DNA of 63,790 nucleotides, filler included, from Reclinomonas americana ATCC 50394 (taxonomy: Eukaryota): NCBI GenBank assembly GCA_048213135.1. It is 7 parts of 3 records of this genome, joined end to end, with 100 filler letters (N's around TTAATTAATTAA, not from the genome) between each part and the next. Parts side by side here need not be neighbours in the genome. Positions count along the whole stretch, not along the records: positions 1 to 16,645 come from PS015156.1; positions 16,746 to 30,510 come from PS015156.1; 5 more parts are not named here. One strand, given 5' to 3'. Made by a program: the position numbers and the translations under genes. The notes beneath the pieces are model-generated. The model saw nothing but the letters and a program-made list of their open reading frames with translations, did no database searches and was not told where the DNA came from. Positions 13,034-25,500 of this stretch are shown here, one piece after another. Within the stretch, counting starts at the first letter, position 1, and each line of letters begins with the position of its first letter.

Positions 13034-14326
13034 TCAGCGACCAAAGATGCGTCGACGGATTTCGCTGCCGATGAGACGGCGCTCGTGGCCAGCACCCGCC
13101 AGCAGATTGGAGTTTTCTTGCGCTCTCCGAATGAGGTACGGAATGACTGGCGTAAGGGAGTGAGTGATGAGAACGGAGCACACGGTGAGCGGGCATTCGT
13201 ACCTTCATGGACGGGGCCTGTGCACAGTTGGAATGACAGGGGGGGAGGGGTGAGGAGAGGCAGGAGGAGGGGAAGAGAAAATGGTGGGGAGACGAACCGT
13301 ATGGCAGATACTTGAATGCGCGGTAGCCCAGAGCGCCGAGCGAGAAGGAAATGTGGTCGCGCATGCCAAAGAGCTGGCCAAAGGAGATGCCGAGGGTGGA
13401 TGGTGGGATGCTCAGTTCCTGCAAAGGGGGAAAGAAGGGGGAAGGGGGGTGGGGGAAGAGGAAGGCGGGAGGGGGGAAGGGGGAACAAGGGGAACGGGGT
13501 TAGAATGTCGTCAACTGTCTTGGTACAACGAACTGTCGCACTCTCTTGCCAACTCCTTGAAGTCATGCAGTGTCCATTGGGTATGATTCTGAATTCCCTC
13601 AGGTTCCTCTATCCTCGCGCTCTCTCTCTCTCTCTCTCTCTTCACAGCTGTGCAGTACTCAATTCCCACATGTAGAATTGTGCTCATACCTCAAAGTTCT
13701 GCTTTCCGCTTATCACCCGCGCCATCCTGGCTCTTTAATCATGCTCTTTCTNNNNNNNNNNNNNNNNNNNNNNNNNNNNNNNNNNNNNNNNNNNNNNNNN
13801 NNNNNNNNNNNNNNNNNNNNNNNNNNNNNNNNNNNNNNNNNNNNNNNNNNNNNNNNNNNNNNNNNNNNNNNNNNNNNNNNNNNNNNNNNNNNNNNNNNNN
13901 NNNNNNNNNNNNNNNNNNNNNNNNNNNNNNNNNNNNNNNNNNNNNNNNNNNNNNNNNNNNNNNNNNNNNNNNNNNNNNNNNNNNNNNNNNNNNNNNNNNN
14001 NNNNNNNNNNNNNNNNNNNNNNNNNNNNNNNNNNNNNNNNNNNNNNNNNNNNNNNNNNNNNNNNNNNNNNNNNNNNNNNNNNNNNNNNNNNNNNNNNNNN
14101 NNNNNNNNNNNNNNNAAAGGGGGAAGGGGGGAAGGGAGAAAGGGGAGAGTGACTGAGAGAGACAGGGAGGCCAACAGTCAGTGGGCCCGAGAGACTGAGA
14201 GAGAGAGAGAGGAGGGAGGGGAGAGGACGAGAGAGTGGTCGAGAGGAAGAGCTGCATGGCAGCGACGAAGATGCAAATGGGAGGAAGAGCGAGCGTGCGA
14301 GCGAGCGAGAGAGAGAGAGAGTAATA

Positions 14327-14357
<31 letters not shown>

Positions 14358-16487
14358 CGGTTGCTGCATTACGAGAATCGGATGATGTGTGAGTGATCGA
14401 GACAAATACAGTGTGAGTGAGCAAGGCCGAGTGCATACGAGTTAGCGACACAGAGAGCGCAGGAAAGAGAGGACGAGTACTGGGGATGCGTAAGACAAAG
14501 ATGGCGATTCAAAGAAGCAGAGAAGAGAGGTNNNNNNNNNNNNNNNNNNNNNNNNNNNNNNNNNNNNNNNNNNNNNNNNNNNNNNNNNNNNNNNNNNNNN
14601 NNNNNNNNNNNNNNNNNNNNNNNNNNNNNNNNNNNNNNNNNNNNNNNNNNNNNNNNNNNNNNNNNNNNNNNNNNNNNNNNNNNNNNNNNNNNNNNNNNNN
14701 NNNNNNNNNNNNNNNNNNNNNNNNNNNNNNNNNNNNNNNNNNNNNNNNNNNNNNNNNNNNNNNNNNNNNNNNNNNNNNNNNNNNNNNNNNNNNNNNNNNN
14801 NNNNNNNNNNNNNNNNNNNNNNNNNNNNNNNNNNNNNNNNNNNNNNNNNNNNNNNNNNNNNNNNNNNNNNNNNNNNNNNNNNNNNNNNNNNNNNNNNNNN
14901 NNNNNNNNNNNNNNNNNNNNNNNNNNNNNNNNNNNNNNNNNNNNNNNNNNNNNNNNNNNNNNNNNNNNNNNNNNNNNNNNNNNNNNNNNNNNNNNNNNNN
15001 NNNNNNNNNNNNNNNNNNNNNNNNNNNNNNNNNNNNNNNNNNNNNNNNNNNNNNNNNNNNNNNNNNNNNNNNNNNNNNNNNNNNNNNNNNNNNNNNNNNN
15101 NNNNNNNNNNNNNNNNNNNNNNNNNNNNNNNNNNNNNNNNNNNNNNNNNNNNNNNNNNNNNNNNNNNNNNNNNNNNNNNNNNNNNNNNNNNNNNNNNNNN
15201 NNNNNNNNNNNNNNNNNNNNNNNNNNNNNNNNNNNNNNNNNNNNNNNNNNNNNNNNNNNNNNNNNNNNNNNNNNNNNNNNNNNNNNNNNNNNNNNNNNNN
15301 NNNNNNNNNNNNNNNNNNNNNNNNNNNNNNNNNNNNNNNNNNNNNNNNNNNNNNNNNNNNNNNNNNNNNNNNTCCCCTCTCCTCCCTTTCCCCTCTCCTC
15401 CCTTCCCCTTCGCCCACCTTCATGCGCTTCGCGACATACTGCACCGTGGTCTCATTGTGCGACGCCACCATGAACTCGCAGAACGAGCGGTTCTCCAGCA
15501 GCAGGTCGACTGCCTTGTGATACGCCTTGTGCGTGTCCTGCAAGCACACACAACGCGATCAATCGCAGTGACAAGGGGGGAAAGACGCGAGACAGAACAG
15601 CAAGACACTTGATTGACAAATCGTGAAAGGCAAGAAAAAAGTGCGTGGGAGAGCGAGCATGAGAGAGGGAGAGAAAGGGACTGCACAGCGCGTGTGTGAG
15701 AGAGGGAGTCTTGTCAATGTGTCAAACCTCAATGGTCGGCCAAATGGGATCTTCGTAGCCCTTTTCCTGCGCTCGTTGGCGCTCCAACACCATGTATGCA
15801 CCACGGACGCACTTGACGCCTGCTCCACACCTTGAGTGCAAATAATCCTCCTTTCGCATCATTGTGCGCACAAACCGTAGTAATAGCCGCCCTGCTTCGC
15901 GGCCTGGATTTCCAGATGGAGGCGCGCGACTGAGTCCTTGCGGTAGCACTGAATGGTGTTGTAGATGACGGCGCAGGTCTTGTTGTGCTTGCGCTGCAGG
16001 TCCATGGCCAGCAGGTCGATGGCGCCCTGGAAGTATGTGTGCTCTGCAAACGCGAAATGGTGAGACGGAGATAAAAAAATGCTGGCGAGGCCGACTGTGC
16101 GCGACATACCAGCATCAATCATCAGGCGCACGCCCTTGCTGAAAGCAGCCTCGGCCAGGCGGTCGAGGCGAGCGACAATGTTGTCCATTTGCTGCACCTG
16201 ACGCGGTCTGCAATGATGAAGAATGAGGGATGTGGGAAGAAGGAGGAAGGATGAAAGCGGGCAAAAGAGGAGATTCCAAGCGCGTCGGAGCAATAACATC
16301 ACATACACACGCTCTCTCTGTTGCTGCTTGTGATTGTGAAAGTGCGTGTGAGACTCGCGGCAGCACGCAACGTCAAGGTCGGCAGATTGCGCGATCCAAG
16401 ACCACTGGTGAACAGCTCGCGGGTGGCAATGTTACGCGGGTGCAGATACGTCATCCATTCGCGGGGATCAATCGTGCCCGAGCGGTC
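13034..16487 (-). CDS. PRODH: Mitochondrial proline dehydrogenase with EF-hand-like insert; 5' part missing
   Basis: VRLMIDA|EHTYFQ, YNTIQCYRKD, G|VKCVRGAYMVLER, MVASHNETT, FGQLFGMRDHISFSLG, FKYLPY|GPVHE|VIPYLIRRAQENS; DRSGTIDPREW loop. Confidence 0.95.
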
Positions 16488-16689
16488 CTGCAGATGAGGG
16501 AAGTACGAGGTGAGAAAGCGGAGAAGTGAGGATGACCTGCAAAGGAAACAGTCACGGAACACAACGTAGTAAATCGGAAGGGAGAGAGAGAGAGAGAGAG
16601 AGGGAGGGGGAGGGAGGAGTAGAATCGTGGAGAGAGACTCCGACGNNNNNNNNNNNNNNNNNNNNNNNNNNNNNNNNNNNNNNNNNNNN

Positions 16690-16701
16690 TTAATTAATTA
16701 A
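16690..16701. other. Artificial scaffold-join linker TTAATTAATTAA (stops in all frames); also at 30555, 37189, 42837, 54092 and 59628
   Basis: Identical 12-mer flanked by about 44 Ns on each side, six times; genes are truncated at these points. Confidence 0.97.
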
Positions 16702-16883
16702 NNNNNNNNNNNNNNNNNNNNNNNNNNNNNNNNNNNNNNNNNNNNGTGTGTTATGCATCCAGCATCCCGGCTCGCAGGAAAAAATGTACTTTGTTGCCTC
16801 GAATTGTGTGACCTTTAGCGCCCGTCCTCCCTAAGCACCACCTCATTTCATCGACTCGCTTCACTGTCGTGCCTTCCCCCGCA

Positions 16884-19807
16884 TTACCGCTTCTTGCCAC
16901 TCTTCCCGTGCTCCTTCTTTCGGCGCTTCCTGTCGCTGCCGTCGTCTGCACCCGCCGCCGCCGTGCCCTCGTCGGCGATTCGCTTCTTACCGGCCTTGAC
17001 ACTGATCTGCGTCGGGTCCTTTACGCCCTTGAGTGCAGCCTTCCAGTCCTCCTCGTCACCAGCAATGGCCAGTCTGCACATGAAAATCAGTGAGACAACA
17101 CAAAACTCTCTCTCATCCTTCCTCTTCTTCCTGCGCTCCACTCACCCCTTCAGCTCATCATCCTCCAGCAAGGCGGTGATTCTCTTACGCGCCTCGCTGC
17201 CGGCCTCGGTCAACTCCTCGTTCAGTGACACCATGGACGACGATCCGGCATCCGGCAGCACCGACGCCACACGCCGCCGAGACGGGAGACCAGCGGCAAT
17301 CGCTCCCTCCTCCACCTCGCGCAGTGCCGCCGCAGCCTTGCGCATGATCTTGTTGAAGAGGGCCAGGATCTGACTGCTGCCGAGGCGCAAATCGACTTCG
17401 AGATCCGACACGGTCTTGTGCTGCAGGCCGAGCGCGAGCAGGATGGCCGCTTGCGAGTACGACAGCGCAAAGGTGAAGCGACGCGAAAAGTACAGCTGCG
17501 CCAGCACCGGCAACATATCGATAATGACGTGATAGTCGACCAGGTTGCGGCTGTAGCTGTCCAGTCGTCGCAGATCGTAGGGCGAGAAGAGCGCTTCGAT
17601 CTCCGGCAGCGTCAGTGGCTTGGGCGCAGCCAACTTGCTCATTTCCGTGCTCGGCATGAGTACAGAGAGCGCCAAGGCGGACGGGAAAGCGCGGAACTCG
17701 TAGGCCATCAAGTGAGCCACACGGTGTCGGAAGTCGGCAACGTAAGCGTCGAGCCAGCCACCTTGTGGCACAACATCGTCCGCCGACGGTGGAATGGCGG
17801 CCAGATCCAATTCACGCAGCATCATGCACGTGTGCTCGCCAGTGAGGTCGTTGGTGGTCAGACGGAGATACACGGGGCGGAAGCGAGAGCGCGACCAAAA
17901 CTCGAGGAGCGGCTGCGTCAACCCATACGACACGCCAACATAGTGCAAGTGCTCAGCCGGTCGCTCGTCTAGTCGCTGCAGCAGCGGTGGGAGTGCCGAG
18001 CGCACACCAATCTTCTCCGTGGACAACGAGGAGCCGGAGGAGGACGCCTGTACAGAGAGGAGGAGGAGTGTGAGCCAGGTGGGGGGTAACACCAAAAAAA
18101 GGGTGCGATGACATGCACGCAACTGCAGAGCCATTCTTTGATGGCTTGCTCTTGCGCGCCCCCTTCTCGCCCTCTTCCTCCTCATCCTCGTCCTCTTCGT
18201 CGTCGTCATCGTCGGCAGCGGCAGTCTCTTCCACCTTTGCAGACTTGGACTTGCGCGGTGCAGGCATGGGGGCGGCAAACGACGTCATCTCGCCCTGGAA
18301 GTATCGGCAGAGAAGCTCCAGCGCTCGCGAACCATAGCCCATCTACGAGTAACACAGACAGTGAGCAAAGATGGGGCGTGCACGAAGAGGCATGTATCGA
18401 TCTCTCTCTCCCTCCTGCACACAAACGCACCCGATGGAAATCCGGATGCGTGGCAATGCGCACCACGCGTGCGCCCGAGAGCGAACCAAACGTGTCGTCT
18501 TGGTACTGTGTGCACGAGTGGTGAGCAACCACTTGCATGCATGTACGCAAGGCGAAAATTATCGTCTTTCGCAGTCTCTCACCTGCTGAGCAATGGTGTA
18601 CGGCAGCAGATCTCCGCTCGGGCGGAAACCACGGCTCAGATTGTGTTGCATGCTGCGACGGGTGATTTTGCCCTCCAGCGCCACCTGGATGACGCACAGA
18701 ATGTCGGGCACGGCCGAGTCCGACGCCGACACAGGACCTGCATCCAGGAGGGGGCGGTGAGAAGTGGTGCCTCCCCTTGAAAGAGTGGGAGAGCACACAG
18801 ACACACGCACCGAGCAGCACAAAGAGCTGTTGCGAGGGCGAATCCGAAATCAGCTGCAAGTCGTTTGGCGTGTTCTTGTAGTGCGAAGACACATAGAGGG
18901 CCATCATGCGCTGCTCGAGGCGCCCTTGTGAGACTCACGAATGATGGAGAGAGACTGGGACCGACAGAGTGTGCACACCCACCTGCAAGAACAGTTCCGA
19001 GGCTTTGTGATACGAAAACAGCGTGTCGCGCTCGACAAAATACCTGCCCGACGAGGACGGTAAGCAGCAGCAGGCGTATCAATGTCACCGACCAGTGCAG
19101 ACGCAACAAATCACACTCGGACGGGTGCGGGCAGCCTCGGCCAGAGCGCGGCACAGTGGCACAATTCAAACACAACAGCTCATACAACCACCTAAAGGAG
19201 ACAGACTGTAAGCAACACGCCGAGCCAATGGCAATTCAGCAAGCTCGCAATCTTCGCAACTTCTCCACCTTGTCACCCGGAGCGTAACGAATCGGCTCCT
19301 CCAACTGCACCTCGCGAAGAATGCGCCCAGTGACTCCCGCCACCGCATCGCCGAGAGGAGCGGGGGCGGAGGACGACGACGCACCGCCGGCGGCAGCTGG
19401 TGCCGGCGCCTGCAACTGCTGCTGCTGCTGCTGCTCGCGCAGCTGCTGAATGAGCTTGAGCGACAGGCTGCGACCAGTGCCCTCGTAGCCATTGATTGTG
19501 GAGGCCATGAACACCAGATAGGGACCCATCAGCTTCTTGACCAGCGGCAGCGGAATGGCGGCTGCCTCGTCAATCACCACCAGCTCGGCCTGACCCAGTT
19601 TCGCAGCATCCTCCGGGCTAATGTACTGGATTGTCTGCCGGTGGCTGCGGAAGACGTTGACACGCACCACGGCCTTGTTGAACTCTGGATTCGTGCTCTG
19701 CACCAGCTCTGCAAAAGAGATACGAGCCGACTCAGCATGCGGCTACCAGAATCGCACAGCTACCTCCCATCCGCTCACCGTAGTCCACGTGCTCCTCGTA
19801 CCCGAGG
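16884..19807 (-). CDS. NAT10: RNA cytidine acetyltransferase NAT10/Kre33; N-terminal part missing
   Basis: LVVIDEAAAIPLP, FMASTINGYEGTGRSLSLKL, SSHYKNTPNDLQL, GARVVRIATHP..MGYGSRAL, LHYVGVSYGLT, NDLTGEHTCMML, YSRNLVDYH; basic C-terminus. Confidence 0.97.
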
Positions 19808-19939
19808 NNNNNNNNNNNNNNNNNNNNNNNNNNNNNNNNNNNNNNNNNNNNNNNNNNNNNNNNNNNNNNNNNNNNNNNNNNNNNNNNNNNNNNNNNNNNN
19901 NNNNNNNNNNNNNNNNNNNNNNNNNNNNNNNNNNNNNNN

Positions 19940-21800
19940 AGAGCTCACGGGGTACTGGAAGAGCCGCGGGACGAGGCAATGGTGCTGCAACGGAATCGGA
20001 GGTTGAGCACGCATAACGAGGGGCAAACAAATCCAAACGCAATCACCTTTAGCAGATCCAAATTGAAGACGTGAATGCTGCCGGCCACGTTGGCCGCCGC
20101 CAGCCACTGACCGTCGGGGGAGACTCGCATCTGGTGAATCAGCGACGTGGATCGGCGATCACTGGAGGCACCCTCGCTAGCACCGCGAGCCGAAGCGCTC
20201 TGACCGTCGGCCACGGTGCGATCTGCAACTCACGGGTAAGATTGTGCATTCAACAACCACAACAACAACCACAACGAGAGTGAACTGCACCTGGTGGCAT
20301 GGAGAAGATGTGTGTGAGGGCACCCGTTCGCACATCGACAAACAGAATGCTGCCACCGGGCACGGCCAGGAGCAAGGAGTTGCTGTCGGGAGTGAAGGCT
20401 GCCAGATGCGCGCACGCAGTGCTCAGCGAAAACGGTTCCGCTTCGTCACCATCGTCAAAGTCCGCGTCCAGCATCTCTACATCGCGTCGTTGCTTCACTT
20501 TCTGCAAGCGGACCTCGCCGTTCTGCGCGAATGAGAAGTGGAATTGAGGGGCAACAGCTGGCCACAAGACAATAAGACCACGACAGTTACGACAAACCTC
20601 CTGCTTCAGAATGCGGTACAAGCGCGTCCCTTCGCGGTCACGGCACGAGAACGCCAAGTATTCTCCATTCGGTGAAATGTCGGCACAGGAGATGTTGTAG
20701 GCCGACTGCACCGACGCGGAAACGAAGGAAGTGAGTGGAGGTGAGCGACAGAGCTGCACATCGCGGGAAGGGTAGTACTGACCTTGCAGTAAAACTGCAG
20801 TAGCAGTTGGTGGTGTTGTGCGAGTGGCAATGCCGCGCCGACTTTGGCGTGCTCCAGCATCTCGTCATCATGGGCGGACGAACGCACAGCACCCAGTTGG
20901 TACAACTCCAGCATGTCGTCTCGCTCCACCAGCATCATTCGCGACTCGCGCGACAAGTGAATGATTCGGCGGTGCGGAAATGGTGGAACCTGTACCGCAG
21001 AGGAGCGTGAATAAGAGCTGGCAGAAAAGAGTCATTCCGCAAGTCGAGGACACGTACGCACCTTGATGGGCTTTGAGGCATCAAAGAGTGCAATCGATAC
21101 CATGTACAACTGCGTATCAACGCTTCCGCTGCAAAGATACTGCACCACCAAAGTAGGTAAGTCGGTGGAACGCAGGGGGACAAGGCGTGAAAAAAACAGA
21201 GCAGACAGGGCGAACCTCACGACCAGTCGGAGTCATCAGCACCAACAACGCAGTAATTGCATGCGTGTGCGGTCTGCGCTTGCCGGCATACATCCACCCG
21301 TGACTCGACTGCACCGAGCCGACGGTTTAGGAGAGTTGCATGCATGGTGATGACGGCACACACAAAGACGAGAGGACTCACATCGGCAATCTCCACTCGA
21401 CGGTACATGACAATCTTGTTGTCAACGCCACTGCGCGAGGTGATTCAGCACCGCGAAACACAACTGCGCATGAACGATGACTGTACGAAACGTTGAAAAC
21501 ACCGTGGTTCGTGCACCCTCGCCCGCAGCCGCCACACAAGTCACATCCGCCGTATGATCCGTGAACGTGACCAACGCCACACCAACGCGTCCGTCCCAGA
21601 AGCGCGTGGACCCGCCCGAATCGCCAGTAACGATGGTCTCGTCACTGCGTCGACGATCAATAACCACTACTTCCCCTACCCACAACAACAATCGCACGCA
21701 ACGGGAGCATCATAATGGACCACACCACGGGCCGCCCACCGCGCCCCGCTCGCCCGCACTTCAGAGTCCACACGTTCTGCCCCGTGTGTGCATCATATCT
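19940..21800 (-). CDS. UTP4: U3 snoRNP/t-UTP WD40 protein UTP4 (cirhin); partial
   Basis: VWSIMML|PDETIVTGDSGGSTRFWDG, FTDHTADV, T|GVDNKIV, W..GKRRPHTHAITAL, LCSGSVDTQL, ISCADISPNGEYLAFS, VSPDGQWLA. Confidence 0.8.
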
Positions 21801-21828
21801 GGCGGTGCAACGAGGCAACATCAGCTTC

Positions 21829-21945
<117 letters not shown>

Positions 21946-22554
21946 NNNNNNNNNNNNNNNNNNNNNNNNNNNNNNNNNNNNNNNNNNNNNNNNNNNNNNN
22001 NNNNNNNNNNNNNNNNNNNNNNNNNNNNNNNNNNNNNNNNNNNNNNNNNNNNNNNNNNNNNNNNNNNNNNNNNNNNNNNNNNNNNNNNNNNNNNNNNNNN
22101 NNNNNNNNNNNNNNNNNNNNNNNNNNNNNNNNNNNNNNNNNNNNNNNNNNNNNNNNNNNNNNNNNNNNNNNNNNNNNNNNNNNNNNNNNNNNNNNNNNNN
22201 NNNNNNNNNNNNNNNNNNNNNNNNNNNNNNNNNNNNNNNNNNNNNNNNNNNNNNNNNNNNNNNNNNNNNNNNNNNNNNNNNNNNNNNNNNNNNNNNNNNN
22301 NNNNNNNNNNNNNNNNNNNNNNNNNNNNNNNNNNNNNNNNNNNNNNNNNNNNNNNNNNNNNNNNNNNNNNNNNNNNNNNNNNNNNNNNNNNNNNNNNNNN
22401 NNNNNNNNNNNNNNNNNNNNNNNNNNNNNNNNNNNNNNNNNNNNNNNNNNNNNNNNNNNNNNNNNNNNNNNNNNNNNNNNNNNNNNNNNNNNNNNGAGAG
22501 AGAGAGAGAGAGAACAGCAGAGTAGAGTTGTGAGTGCTGACGAGTGTGATCCAG

Positions 22555-25500
22555 GCAACGACACACCTGGACCGCAGTACGACGTGAGTGCTGACGCGGG
22601 GAAGGCCAAGGCGCCTGCATTCACGATTGGCGGATTGCCAGCGTCACAGAAGGCGGAGCAGGCACCTGGTCCAGGAGCGGTGAGTCGCGAGAATCAAGAG
22701 AATGCAGCAACAACGCATCAGCGAACTGACTTTGTGGATTGGAATGTGCAGTACACGATCGAGATGCCGCCACAGACACCTGGGTGGACGATGGGTCATC
22801 GCACATCGCTGGAGAGTTGCGAATCCTTTGAAGAGCAGTCGGGTGGGGTGATGTGATGTTGTGCTCACACGGATGATGATGATGGTGTGCGTGCAGAGCC
22901 ACAATCGACACCTGGCCCGCAGTATGATGTGGCGAAGCCGTTTGGCAGTGGCAGTCCTGGATTCACCATCTCGTCGCGGCCACCGATGAAGATCGAAGAC
23001 AAGGCGCCTGGACCTGGTGCACACACACCACATGCTGAGGATTTCTTCCGGAAATCACCAGCATGGACAATGGGAAGTCGAGTGGGCGTATCTGCTGCAC
23101 CGAATCCAGTCGGACCGGGTCAGTATGCACTGGGATCGGAGATTGGCAAGGCACCGGCGTACACGCTGTCTGGTCGGACGTCGTTTGGCGATCCAATGGC
23201 CAAGAGCACCACACCAGGTGTGTACTCTTGTGTATGACGTGGATTGGGGTGATCTGTGCTCACCTACTCGGTGTTTGTTTGTAGGTGTCGGCGCGTATGA
23301 GATTCCAACGACACTGTCAAAGACGGGATACACGATCAGTGGACGGTATCCGGAGCCCAAGGGTGCGTGCGGTCGCAGAGAGGGTAGAGGGAGAGAGAGA
23401 GAGAGAGGAAAGCAGAGTAGTGTTGTGAGTGCTTACGAGTGCGATTCAGGCAACGACACACCTGGACCGCAGTACGACGTGAGTGCTGACGCCGGGAAGG
23501 CCAAGGCGCCTGCATTCACGATTGGTGGACTGCCAGCGTCACAGAAGGCTGAGCTGGCACCTGGTCCAGGAGCGGTGAGTCGCATGAATGCAGAAGCAGC
23601 AGCATNNNNNNNNNNNNNNNNNNNNNNNNNNNNNNNNNNNNNNNNNNNNNNNNNNNNNNNNNNNNNNNNNNNNNNNNNNNNNNNNNNNNNNNNNNNNNNN
23701 NNNNNNNNNNNNNNNNNNNNNNNNNNNNNNNNNNNNNNNNNNNNNNNNNNNNNNNNNNNNNNNNNNNNNNNNNNNNNNNNNNNNNNNNNNNNNNNNNNNN
23801 NNNNNNNNNNNNNNNNNNNNNNNNNNNNNNNNNNNNNNNNNNNNNNNNNNNNNNNNNNNNNNNNNNNNNNNNNNNNNNNNNNNNNNNNNNNNNNNNNNNN
23901 NNNNNNNNNNNNNNNNNNNNNNNNNNNNNNNNNNNNNNNNNNNNNNNNNNNNNNNNNNNNNNNNNNNNNNNNNNNNNNNNNNNNNNNNNNNNNNNNNNNN
24001 NNNNNNNNNNNNNNNNNNNNNNNNNNNNNNNNNNNNNNNNNNNNNNNNNNNNNNNNNNNNNNNNNNNNNNNNNNNNNNNNNNNNNNNNNNNNNNNNNNNN
24101 NNNNNNNNNNNNNNNNNNNNNNNNNNNNNNNNNNNNNNNNNNNNNNNNNNNNNNNNNNNNNNNNNNNNNNNNNNNNNNNNNNNNNNNNNNNNNNNNNNNN
24201 NNCCAAACGACGTTCGACCAGACAGCGTGTACGCCGGCGCCTTGCCAATCTCCGATCCCAGTGCATACTGACCCGGTCCGACTGGATTCGGTGCAGCAGA
24301 TACGCCCACTCGACTTCCCATTGTCCACGCTGGTGATTTCCGGAAGAAATCCTCAGCATGTGGTGTGTGTGCACCAGGTCCAGGCGCCTTGTCTTCGATC
24401 TTCATCGGCGGGCGCGACGAGATGCTGAACCCAGGACTGCCACTGCCAAACGGCTTCGCCACATCATACTGCGGACCAGGTGTCGATTGTGGCTCTGCAT
24501 GCACACCATCATCGTCATCCATGTGAGCACAACATAACATCACCCCACCCGACTGCTCTTCAAAAGATTCGCAACTCTCCAACGATGTGCGATGACCCAT
24601 CGTCCACCCAGGTGTCTGTGGCGGCATCTCGATCGTGTACTGCACATTCCAATCCACACAGTCAGTTCGCTGATGTGTGGNNNNNNNNNNNNNNNNNNNN
24701 CGATCCAATGGCGAAGAGCACCACACCAGGTGTGTTTTCTGGGTGATGACATGACGTGGATTGGGGTGATGTGTGCTCACCTACTCGGTGCAGGCGTCGG
24801 CGCGTATGAGATTCCAACGACACTGTCGAAGACGGGATACACGATCAGTGGACGGTATCCGGAGCCCAAGGGTGCGTGTGGTCACAGAGAGTGTAGAGGG
24901 AGAGAGTGTGAGTACTGACGAGTGCGATTCAGGCAACGACACACCTGGACCGCAGTACGACGTGAGTGCTGACGCGGGGAAGGCCAAGGCGCCTGCATTC
25001 ACGATTGGTGGACTGCCAGCGTCACAGAAGGCTGAGCTGGCACCTGGTCCTGGAGCGGTGAGTCGCATGAATGCAGAAGCAGCAGCAGCCACACATCAGC
25101 GAACTGACTGTATGACCTTGGGAATGTGCAGTACACGATCGAGATGCCGCCGCAGACACCTGGGTGGACGATGGGTCATCGCACGTCGCTGGAGAGTTGC
25201 GAATCTTTTGAAGAGCAGTCGGGTGGGGTGATGTGATGTTGTGCTCACATGGATGATGATGATGGTGTGCATGCAGAGCCACAATCGACACCTGGTCCGC
25301 AGTATGATGTGGCGAAGCCGTTTGGCAGTGGCAGTCCTGGATTCACCATCTCGTCGCGCCCGCCGATGAAGATCGAAGACAAGGCACCTGGACCTGGTGC
25401 GCACACACCACATGCTGAAGATTTCTTCCGGAAATCACCGGCGTGGACAATGGGAAGTCGAGTGGGTGTATCTGCTGCACCGAATCCAGTCGGACCGGGT

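Noticed and set aside
24203-24680. Inverted copy of the ODF3 module as a natural inversion or hairpin
   Set aside because: Bounded by N gaps on both sides; most simply a mis-oriented contig in a repeat.
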